A stretch of DNA of 64,000 nt from Lingula anatina (lineage: Eukaryota; Animalia; Brachiopoda). The notes below the pieces were generated by a model, which saw only the letters and a list, made by a program, of their open reading frames with translations, was not told where the DNA came from and searched no databases. Every line of letters begins with the position of its first letter. Positions within the stretch are counted from its first letter, which is position 1. A program made the position numbers and the translations under genes. Positions 1-11,800 of the stretch are shown here, one piece after another. The stretch covers positions 5,890,001 to 5,954,000 of the forward strand of contig CM120647.1 of NCBI GenBank assembly GCA_051362555.1, read 5' to 3'.

Positions 1-362
1 GTCCTCAGGGTCATCGTCGGCCGTTTTCGTTTTTCTCCGATAAAATCATACTTTTTTGTGGTGTTTATCTTTACAAAATCGTGTTAAAATAAAAGAACAT
101 AGGAATTTGATTTTGCAATAATTTTTTTTTATTCCTCAAAGAAAATAAGATTTCAAAAAGGGCAGAGAACAACCCGAGTATGACTGTCTGGCCCCGAACG
201 TTCGAGCCACGTCACAGGTATTTTGTTTACAAGATGAGATGCAAAGTCCAACTTTGATGTGATAACTTGATTATGATGGGGTCATAACTTGTAGCATTAA
301 TTATAACAAGGTGCCTGGGTTTAAGTTCAACGCACCCCTCGACTGATAGGCCTAGTCATCCG

Positions 363-366
<4 letters not shown>

Positions 367-422
<56 letters not shown>

Positions 423-896
423 GAACTGCCCTTGAAAGGTAGAAAGAATGAAAGAAAAATTCATTCAAATGACACGGCGGAGAAATATGGTGCGTGTGAT
501 GCGTTCTCATTAATTTTTCTCCATAATTTTGTCTGCTCAGAGGAGCAAAATGATGAAGAAGTCAACCACAGCTTGTGTTTGTGGCGTCAGGAACTTCTGG
601 GCTCAGTCGAAAGCAGCACAGTTATTTTAAGGAGACTTAGCAGTATATCGTCGTAATTCTCTCTCTCTCTCCTTTGAACTTTGAACGATAGAAATAATGA
701 AAGAAATATCGCGTTAAAAGCCATTCAAATGACACGGTGCATGCGTTCTCATTAATTTCGTCTGTTCACACACGCAAATGTTGAAGCAGTCAACCACAAT
801 TTGTGGTGTTAGGGACTGATGCGCTCAGTCTAAAGAAATATATAGGTCTGCCAGCACAGTTATTTTGAGCAGTCGGGCCTAAAGGCTACCAGATCG

Positions 897-932
<36 letters not shown>

Positions 933-1230
933 ACCTGCCATTTGAACTTTGAAAGATAGAAAGAATAAAAGAAAAATCACAGTTAAACCGAATCAAATGA
1001 CATGGCGTGGGAACATGGTGCATGCGTTCTCATTAATTTTCCTCTTAAAATTCGTCTGCACATGTTGACAGAAGCCACATTAGGCCTAAGTTAACTATCA
1101 AACACGCAATTTGCATCTGTCTGTGGTTTGGGGGACTTATATATATCACATGTTGGATCAGCCTATATGTGAAAAACAGTAGAAAGCAGTAGCGTTATCT
1201 TTGAGGTGTTATACCATCTCTAGCTCTCTC
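367..1230. repeat. Three degenerate ~270-290 bp tandem units, each starting with a (CT)n tract, upstream of the TRAPPC9 first exon
   Basis: Related text (ttgaa..tagaaa.aat.aaagaaa...caaatgaca.gg...atgcgttctcattaattt) recurs near 432, 681 and 949, each preceded by (CT)n. Confidence 0.7.
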
Positions 1231-1319
1231 TCTCTCTCTCCTCTCTCTCCTCCCCCCCCCCCCAAATCCCCTCCTCAAACCTTCGTGCCACATTCAAATG
1301 TCACGCAGCTTGCGAGACT

Positions 1320-1472
1320 TCGCGTGACTTCAATCCATGATGGCGGAACAAGTCGTACGCAAAACTTGAATGAAGCAGAAAATTTATCATAACTGACCAG
1401 TGCAATATACTTTAGAGATCTGCATGGGCTTTATCCATCGCAGATGATGAATCATATGATAAGGAAGCTCAG
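1320..1472 (+). promoter_or_regulatory. Probable TRAPPC9 core promoter and non-coding first exon
   Basis: Local CpG-rich stretch, a YY1-like GATGGCGG near 1339, and a strong donor CAG|GTATGT at 1472/1473. It would splice to the acceptor tttcag| at 2854/2855. The TSS position is a guess. Confidence 0.55.
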
Positions 1473-1921
1473 GTATGTTGAGTGCCCTTTAATTTTAAGA
1501 AACAAAGTGGCTGAACTTTGAGCTGGACCATTTTTGTCGACTACCATACACCCTTCACTTCACAAGTTTAGTACTGCGATGCCAAAAATAACCTGTCTGA
1601 TTTTTCTTTTGAATGAAATAACTCTGTCTTCAAAGAATTATGTTTTATGAATAACTTATTATGTGTGGCAATGCCAGTTAATGTTTTCGGACACGATAAT
1701 GATAATGCAATTGGGGAGTATTTTATGACATAAATAACGTAAATGTTATCGACGTGTTGTGTTGACATTTGTTTATTGATGACGTTGTCTTGTTGTACTG
1801 TATGATATTGAAAGGTTAGCGCCCCTCCCCCCATCCCTTCATGTAAAAGCACGTATCTCTTCAGTAAGAAATAGCATTTAACAGAATAATATTAAAAAGT
1901 GCAGTGTATATATATATACAT

Positions 1922-2047
1922 ATTAGCACGAAAATTCATGCGTAAGCACTCCTATTGACAATTCTGATATATGTACTGGCTGTGCTAACACACAGTGTGC
2001 TAACACAAGGTCAATAGGAGTGCTAACGTATGAATTTTCGTGCTAAT
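1922..2047. mobile_element. Short palindromic MITE-like element
   Basis: 38-bp near-perfect inverted repeat: attagcacgaaaattcatgcgtaagcactcctattgac / gtcaataggagtgctaacgtatgaattttcgtgctaat. Confidence 0.55.
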
Positions 2048-2658
2048 TTACATACAAGCATATACTGTAACTCGCCAAAATATTTTACTATTTTATTGTT
2101 AAATTAATGGAAAAAAATCATCTTGATATAGATAAGGTTTAGATAGGAGTCGTGCAATGATAAATACCCTTTCCTTGTCTTTAAGATTTTTAATCCTATT
2201 TCAATCTTTAGTTGAACATTTCATGAAATTGTAATCTCTTCTTGTCGGGAAATTGCTTAAAGAGGAAAATAATTCCTTTTTATTTGTACTTTAATAATTT
2301 AATTTCATGTTAACTTTGGCATAATGTAGAATCAAACTAACCTGTTGCTGTGTTTGGAAGATAAGATGAAGATCGTTGTATCAAAGTAGGTACCACTGGC
2401 GAGGAGTTGTCAAGGCTTCCCCCCCCTCCCCTCCCTGAACTCATTCTCTTATCTCTGCATGTCCTTTAATTCAGCCTATTCCAAATAATTGTTCACATCT
2501 TGAAGCTACAATGTAACCATCTTTTTGCCTTACATATTGCTGCAAAATTATCATCATCACCTACTCTATATTTGCCTTCCTTTGTTCAGCAGAGAGATTT
2601 TGCACAAGTTTGTCTCTTCATCTTTCTCCTCTCTCTCACTTGTGCCTCCCCCTCCCCC

Positions 2659-2684
2659 ACACACACACACATGCACACGCACAT

Positions 2685-2743
<59 letters not shown>

Positions 2744-2762
2744 TACACACACACACACACAC
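2659..2762. repeat. (CA)n microsatellite
   Basis: Seen directly. It explains the HT/VC-repeat ORFs in the track. Confidence 0.95.
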
Positions 2763-2869
2763 ATCTGGTATAGGAGTATAAAGATATGCATGTCTGCTGT
2801 ATAGTTTTCTAGTGTAACCGATTTCTTACCAAAATATTTGTCTTTAAATTTCAGCATGAAGACACCAGT

Positions 2870-5800
2870 ATGAGTTTCCCTGACTACAGTCAGAAAGCAG
2901 AGGACCACCAGTCCATACTGATACTGGTTAAACTGGTCGGTGCCGAATTAAAACCCAAGTCTTTTGGTCGTGTCTATGACAGGATCAGTCGTGTAGAGTG
3001 TGTACATGTCCCGAACCAGCAAAGGACAGTTTGGATGCGCTATAAGAGCCAATATCCAATAGAGAATAATGAGTGGGGTGATTTTCAGGCACACCGAAAG
3101 GTAACTGAAGGCGCATTCATGTTGAAGTTGTGACAGCTCAACTTACTGCTGTTCCGTCTTATAGGATTTTGATTTTTGTATCAAACCATTGCCTTTGAAG
3201 GCATTTCTAGTACAGTAATGTTGTGATGGTTCAATATAGCACCTTTCTTTTCCAGCAGACTTTATGCTTATTATAAATAACCATTTTCCATTGAAGTGCA
3301 TTTCCATTCAAGTTATGATGGCTCAACTTAATGCCTTTTTATCAGTCAACATATGATAATGATATGATAATCATGTCTTATATTTAAAATATATTAACAA
3401 AATCAGCTGGGAGGATAATTTTTGTAAAAAGTGAAAAAAAAAAAAACAACACTTTTTTACCTGTCAGTCATCAGTTTTTTTTTTTTTTTTTTTTTACCTC
3501 CTGTATTTTACTTTGTACAGGTTCTGGGTCTGCTTTGTATTGGGAAAGCAAGAACCACCGAGGAAATGGAGGATATTTACCAAACCTACGAGGACGAAAA
3601 AACCGCATACAGTTCCACAATGTATGACTCCAGACTTGTTGTCTTTGGGATGAACACAGATGGTTCTCCCAGCATGCAACAGTCTGACTCCAGTGACCCC
3701 ACACTGCTGACATCTGTTGGTGGGGAGGGGAGTGATAAACAGGGATCTACTAGTACTAATACCGTGGCAGCTGAAACTAAAGACGCCAATAGCGAATCGG
3801 ACAAAGAAAATGCTCACACTCCTGATGGAGATCTCGAAATTAAGAGTGGAGATCTTGAGACTAGAAATGGAGATCTTGTAACTAAAGCTGGGGAACTTGA
3901 AATTAAAGATGGAGATCTCAAAACAAAAAATGGCGATATTCAAATAAAGGACCCTTTACGATATGAACCAGAAGAAACGACTGTGCTATCAAAAATTGAC
4001 TCTGTGAGTGAAAAATTAATCAAATCAGACGTAAATTCCTCAGAAAAGACGGAGGAAAAGAAATCGGGTACGGTACCAAGTGGTCAGTTGGCGGTCAAGA
4101 AAGGTCAGCCGACCAGTGACTCTCCCTTACAGCAGAAAAAACAGGGTCACCTATCACCCAGTGGTCAGTCTACTCCGGCCAGTGGGTCACCGTCAGGGTC
4201 AAGACGGAGCAGCAGCAGGGGGAAGGACCCCAAGTCACATATCTGGTTCTACGCTGATATTGACAAGTGTCCAGATTTGGAGGAAAAGGTATTAAAGTGA
4301 TGTTGTATTGGGTGAATTCAACTTATGTATGTAGTATTTGTCCATTTATTTAAAGTAATATATTACAGCTTAAATTAGTACTTAGTCATATATTTTTCTG
4401 AATGTGAACCTGGCTCAAATTGGATTGCATTTCTAAGCTTGAATTGATCCCTACGAAAAATGAACATTATTTTTTCACAAATAAATCCACCTCATTTGCC
4501 TCAAATCAGGAATTTAGTCAAGATTTTGAAAAAGGGAGTCTAAATTCATTTTCTTGCTAGTTATGAAAAAGGCCATCAAATTTTCATATACACTTACAAT
4601 AAATGGCCATTCAGAATTTAAATAATGGAGTCTTAAAGACAGCTGAGCCATTGCCTGGTAATTGTACTAAAACTGCCTTAAATCCAATCTTATTCTCACA
4701 TATTCTAGGTGAAGGAATTTGTAATGACCTTGTTCTGGGTTTTGGAGGGGAAAAGGCTCGACAGGTCCTTCGAAAAGAAGATGCAGCTGATCTCCGCGCC
4801 GTTTGAGAAAAAGGACATGGTGGGAGTTGACGTGGAAAACAAGTAGGTCCTCTTGTTTCAGATTGATAACTCAAGGTATCCTAATCTGATTTTCCTCGAT
4901 AAAAAATCAAATTTCGCCTACTCAGGAAACAGTGCTCGACCCACCCCTGCATATTAATTTTTTGTTTTCAATAGTATGGATGTAAGATACAATATAGTAT
5001 ATCATTTAAATGTATGATAAGATGCCTTTGATGCCTGATTTTAATGACTGTAAACGAGAACAATAATTGAACAACAACAATAACAACAAAAAAAAAGAAA
5101 GGTGGGAAATCATAATCAATAAGGTATTTTCAAAATGAGCATGTATTCTTCGCAGTTCTTGTCTAAATTTAGCGGAATTTAGATCAAGGAAAGTGAGGTA
5201 TAGGTTATCATGTTGGCAGTTGCATTTACGATGTTAGACACTTTCAAAAGACTGGTCTCAGATTAAGACAGAGATAGTACTTTATTTTAATAGTTGACTT
5301 CTTAATATTGATGCATTCACAACTTATTCCTTAATGTGGCTAACAAGCACAGAAACAGACAAATCAATTTTAACAAAAACATATTCTCCTAGGCAGATGT
5401 GATTAAGCCAGACATTCAACATAATAATATCTTAACCGAATGCATGGAGTGTTTTCCTTGGTGTGCATTTTGTACTTCTTTAATGAAACTTGTAGAATAC
5501 TGTCTTGTAATTGTTTAGATATTGGCTTGTTCGTTAAATTAATGTCTTTTGTTGATACATCTCACTGCTTCTGTCACAGAACTTTGTGTTTGTTGTGTGC
5601 TGATTTTTTTGTCACTTGTCTGCTATAATTGTGAAAAAAGACCCCATTACAGGATTGACTCAGAAATTACAAAGTCAAAAATAGGTTTATAGATTGTAAT
5701 TTTGTCTACAGTTCTACAGATCTTATGTTCTTTGCACAGCTTTTAAAATACTTAAATAATTTTATAAGATGTTGCTTAACTTGACTTTACAAAACAGCCA

Positions 5801-8800
5801 GTGATTATGGAATAATGTTTTCAAACAGATTTTAAATATTCTGTTGATAAGGCATATCATTTGATTGAAATTGCTCTTTTTCCAATAAAGGATTAATTTC
5901 AATAATTGGACTGATATATAATTCAAACAGCAAATTTTATGTATTTTGTTGATGTTGTGTCATAACAAGCTTATTTTTGAATGTGATTTTAGCCCTGATA
6001 TATACTATTTATTATTGCATTAATTTTTATATATTTATTTGATTGGATTTATTTATTATTTGATCATTGTGTTTTAACATTAATTGCATTATATCGATGT
6101 GGTATTATTACGGAATTGCAGTGACCTAATTTGAGAAGTTTGACCTATTTATCATCCACTTTTAATCAGGCCCACTCCTCAACGAGCGGAATCCAAGAAA
6201 AAACTCTTTTTCCTGGAACGTGCTGTTTCCACCGACAAATCAGATCTTGTGGCTCACATGGTGGATACCCAGAAGTATGTTGTCACATGACTCAATGTAG
6301 CCAATCAAAAGCCTTGTATCTTTAGAATTGGTAAATTTGACCATTGAGCTGCCTTGAAGCTTTTCAAAATTTAATGTAATTGATATAACCAATAAGCTGG
6401 CTTGTTTCTTAGAAATTATCCAATCACATTCAATTTGTTTGATACATAGAAGAAAAAAAGCAATTGTAATCGACTTATCAGTTGGCTTGTCTTTTTAACT
6501 TATTTGACATCTGGATTTGCTTGTAGAATATATCAGTATGCTCATCATACTTATCCAAGCCCTTGCTTTCTTGAATCATTCTGATAAAAATCAAACAGAT
6601 ATCTTATTTCTAATAACTTTGTCATGCCTTGTATGATACATACAATATATCAAAAGAATCTGGCTAATTTGTTTTAATTCCTATAGTACTTCATGGTGAA
6701 GGGACATGGTAATATCTATATTCTTACTTTTAACTTATCATTTAATTCCCCCCCCCCCCCCCCCAGCCTTTGCCTCCCAATTGTCTGACCTCTTCCTCTT
6801 GATATGTTAGTGGAATCTATAAATCTATATTTCTGATGATGTAGGGTAGCTAACCGAAGCTCTCGTTTGTAACAAAAATCTGTTAGTCTTTGCTGTTTTC
6901 CTCTTTGTTTTTGCTATAGCTGTTGTGATCATATTGTTATGTTTTTTTGTTTTGCTTCTTGAGCAGTATGTGTTTGATGCATGGGACAATAACAAAGTTA
7001 ATGTAATTTTAGGCATGCATGTTTTTACTTGTCAATTAATTTTTTACGCTACATATATTCAGTAGCACACTTGTGTTCAGTCCAAATTGGTAAATAGTTT
7101 CATTGGATCTATAAATAGTAATGCTAAAAAATACTCTTTGTAATTGGATCCATAAGATAAAACTGACACGGTCACACCTTTCGGATGTGACCACATGGTC
7201 TTATCTGTACTTAAAGCACTCTCCTGTCAAAAGACAATAGGTCGCGCCGTGCTTTATTTCGTGTTAAGTCACGTCATCCACGAATGCATTCCACGCACCA
7301 GTGCACAGGGTTAATTACTCGTGCATTAAGCCAGATAAAGCACTCAGCGCTGAGCTTTACGCGAAATAGAGCAGATAATTGTCTCGGCTTCGCCTCGCCA
7401 ATTATCTGCTCTATTTCGCATAAAGCTCAGCGCCTTGTACTTTATGTATACCTTAGGCCTGTTTCACATTGGGGCAGCACACTTAATTGGATCAGTCAAC
7501 TCTGAGTGGACCTTACATGTAAATTATTATGATTCAGGGTTTTTTACTCCCTTCTGCAAGTTCAACATACATGTATGTTTGTTGTTTTGTTAATTTTGTT
7601 AAATTTAAATTGGTTGTCAATGACTTATTTTAATATTAAAATCTCTCAAAGTAGATTGGTACCATTAAGTGTGCTGGCAGTGTGAAAAGAACCCTAAAAC
7701 TTTATTTTTCTGTATGTTTGAAATTGCATAAGGCTAAAATTTACTGTTTACATATAGGGCAGCACATAGCACACATATTAGTGTTATTATTTCTGCACTT
7801 TCTGTTATTAGCCTATATTGCAAAATGGCAAAGCAATGCGTTGCAATGTTATTTATTTTAGACAACACAGGTCAATCTGATATTCAGACACATAACTCAC
7901 ATGGTTATTGCTACGCTTTTTGCCACTACTGCTATTCAAATATGTATAAACACATAGATATAGCATACTGGTTGGCTTATTGTATTTTGGCATAAGCAGC
8001 CTAGCAAAACAGTATAACAGGGGTCTATTTTACAAGAAGATATGTACTCTGCCTCCCTCACATGGAACAGTACAGTTTTCTTTAGTTGACTTGCTGTAAT
8101 AACATGAAATTAATGGTTGCATTCACAACCCAAGTTGATCCGCAGACTAACAGATCTGCAGATCAAATATGGCTGACCCACTTGAAAGCTTATTGCATAA
8201 TTCCCATGGGGAAACTTGAAAGTCACTAGAAGAGGATTATGCGGCAAACTTTCAGTGGTCAGATATATTTGTTCCGCAGATCTGTTAGTCCACAGGTCAA
8301 CTTGCTCAGAATGCGCCCAATGACTGGGTGGGTAATACTACAGAAATAGAGAGATATTTTTTGCTCTGTTTAATAATTGCATGAAAACTTTTGTGGTGAA
8401 GGGAGTCACAGGGATACTCGTCACTGGGAAAGTAAGGCTAATAAATTACAATAACATAATGAAAATTTTAATTCAGCCAAAACTGAAAAGAAAGATGTAA
8501 TTAGTACCACCAGCGTGTACGCTGGCGGTACTCATGGTTTTAGTCCTGACCCGTCTCGTACAGCTCCGCCGGCTCCGCCGGCTCCGTCGGCTCCTGCGGC
8601 TCCGCAGTCGGGCGCCGGAAACAAGTCACCGTTACCGCTTCTCCTCCTAGACCGCAAGGACCTGTGTCCCCATCTCTTGGATTTAGGTCACATATAATCT
8701 CAACTTGAACACCCTGGTTTTTTTGTCTCCATCGGTGCACTGGCCTGGGCATGACGCTTGTTGAAATGCACCCTTGTCAAAATTTTTGAAAATTCAATGC

Positions 8801-11800
8801 TTAATATCTCCCAAACCAAAGGAATTATGGGAAAAATTACTACAGAAGTCTGACCGAAAGTCATATGTGGAGATTCCAAATATGCCCTTGGATTTGACTT
8901 TTGACCTTTTTTTCAAGGTCAAACAAGCCAAAATTTTCTAAAAATGGGAATTTTCTGTAAAAAAATATTTGTTTGTGCTAATTTTAGGAAACTACACAGC
9001 CCTAAGCTCTCCTGTCATAATGAGGGGTTACCATTGGGGACTCCTTTCATCTTTGGGAGTTTGGGGTCAATCGGTGCATTTTCACGGGAGAAGCAGCCAT
9101 TAGATACCGAAACTGAAAACTCGCTCTAAATCTGGAACGGTAAATGCCAGAGACCTCTTTTTTATTGCATTTTGTAGTCCTTGTCAAGTGCAATACTGGG
9201 GGTGGTGTCCATTTTTTTGTTTTTGATATGGTTTAGGTGTTGCCCTATCAAAAATTACAACATCGCAATATTCAGTGGGGAAAATGTGAAATACTCCAAA
9301 ATTAGCAGAGATACGCCCATAGTTACTATTGAACTTGAATAGGAAGTCATATACTGATAATCTAACTGTGACCTTGAAATTGACCTTTGACCTACTTTTC
9401 ATAATGAACTGCACTTTGCAAGTTTTATGATCTTTATATATCCAAAACTGGCAAAGATACGCCCATAGTTACTATTGAACTTGAATAGGAAGTCATATAC
9501 TGGCAATCTAAATGTGACCTTGAAATTGACCTTTGACCTACTTTTCACCATGAACTGAACTTTGCAAATTTTGCTGCCCTTTTATCTCCAAAACTGGCAG
9601 AGATAGGTCCATAGTTACTATTGAACTTTAATAGGAAGTCATATACTGGCAATCCAAATGTGACCTTGAAATTGACCTTTGACCTACTTTTCACCATGAA
9701 CTGAACTTTGCAAATTTTGCTTCCCTTTTATCTCCAAAACTGGCAGAGATAGGTCAATAGTTTCTATTGAACTTGAATAGGAAGTCATACACTGGCAATC
9801 TAAATGTGACCTTGAAATTGACCTTTGACCTTATTTTCACCATGAACTGAACTTTCCAAATTTTGCTTCCCTTTTATCTCCAAAACTGGCAGAGATAGGT
9901 CCATAGTTACTATTGAACTTGAATAGAAAGTCATACACTGGCAATCTAAATGTGACCTTGAAATTGACCTTTGACCTTCTTTTCACAATGAACTGAATTT
10001 TGCAAATTTTGCTTCTCTTTCATATCCAAAACTGGCAGAGATAGGTCCATAGTTACTATTGAAGTTGAATAGGAAGTCATATACTGGCAATCTAAATGTG
10101 ACCTTAAAATTGACCTTTGACCTACTTTTCACCATGAACTGAACTTTGCAAATTTTGCTTTCCTTTTATCTCCAAAACTGGCAGAGATAGGTCCATAGTT
10201 ACTATTGAAGTTGAATAGGAAGCCATACACTGGCAATCTTAATGTGACCTTAAAATTGACCTTTGACCTACTTTTCACCATGAACTGAACTTTGAAAATT
10301 TTGCTTCCCTTTCATATCCAAAACTGGCAGAGATAGGTCCATAGTTACTATTGAACTAGAATAGGAAGTCATACACTGGCAATCTAAATGTGACCTTGAA
10401 ATTGACCGTTGACCTACTTTTCACCATGAACTGAACTTTGCAAATTTTGCTTCCCTTTTATCTCCCAAACTGGCAGAGAAAGGTCCAAAGTTACTTTTGA
10501 AGTTGAATTGGAAGTCATATACTGGCAGTCTTACTGTGAAATTGACCTTTCACCTACCTTTTGATGAACTTTTGATATATTTTTTTGCATATTTTGAAAA
10601 TTCTTGTTGATTGCATTTTTACAGCTTGTCAAGCAAAAGACTGGTGGCTGTGTCCCTTATTTTGTGTATGTGGGGGTCTATACGAATGCGCTTGCTCCAG
10701 CTGGTGGTACAATATTCGGAGGTGGTATCGCCTCTCTGATCCTCTAGTTATTAGAGATGGGGGTGCAAATGCGCAACTGGCCATGTCTGGAAGTGGAACA
10801 GGGTTCCGTTTAGTGGACCCTGTTGTGTAATAACCTGGCTATGAAGTGGACTATCTCTCAGAATGGTTGGATACAGAAAACTGTGCTGTTCAATGTGACG
10901 AGGGGCATAATTACCCCTCAAAAGGACTCAGGACTGGAATTGGTTTTAAATTTAATGGTTTTGGAGATGAAAAATGTTCTGCCAGATACCTACTATAACA
11001 AATCAGAATATAGTTGTAACACCTCTGACTAGTGACTTAGAAATAGAATTAATAATATAATGGTTTTGGATGTTCTATGCAATTATATTGGTCATTTGGT
11101 CAGCTGATAAATTAATATAACTAAGTGCAGTAGACTTGGCAAAACTCGACATCTTTTAACTTGAATATTTTTAGTTATCTGTAATTAATGTTGTGGAATG
11201 GATTTTTTTCCATTTGGTACCAGATGAAACTTATAAGAGCATCAGGAATGTTGTTGTTGAGTCTACTGTATGTCCATAACACAAATAACCACTAAGGAGA
11301 ACTAATTAACTTGCAAATTTTAGAAATTAACAAATATAACCTTCTCTGGCCATCAGAGGACTGGATTTCAAAATTTCTCCCATTCATAAGTGCCCAATAT
11401 TCAAATGCAGCATTTGATTTCCAGGGTGTATCGTAAACGGTGCCAGGGACGTCTGAGGAAGCACCTGGGTGATCTGTGTCTGTTGGCGGGTGTCCCCGGG
11501 GAGGCCATCCTCCACTACAGCACCGCCCTGGACATCCTCAAGTCTGCCAATGACTGGCTCTGGCTGGCAGGTGAGCTGGTTTGTGAATTTGTGGTGTGAT
11601 TAACTCAATGGAATGTCTCTAAATTTTAACAGCTTCATAGTAGAATTTTTGGTTATAGCTGTCAATGAATATCTATTGTCTGCCTCAGATATCTAAACAT
11701 ACTCTGGTCTTAGCTGAATATCTCTAAATCTTCATAAATCTGTTACGGTAAAAAGCTTCGTTTTAACTGCCTGTAAGGGCTTGCATTTTGCCGCCATTGT

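Noticed and set aside
2500-2908. Several overlapping ORFs rich in HT/VC dipeptides (also 19081-19549, 19750-20224, 55238-55688, 62765-63182)
   Set aside because: They are translations of (CA)n, (TG)n, (CT)n or (AG)n microsatellites. Only the embedded TRAPPC9 exons are real.
9305-10565. Regularly spaced repeats that could suggest a CRISPR array (also 17975-18594 and 38433-38925)
   Set aside because: The whole units repeat with no unique spacers, the context is eukaryotic introns, and there are no cas genes.
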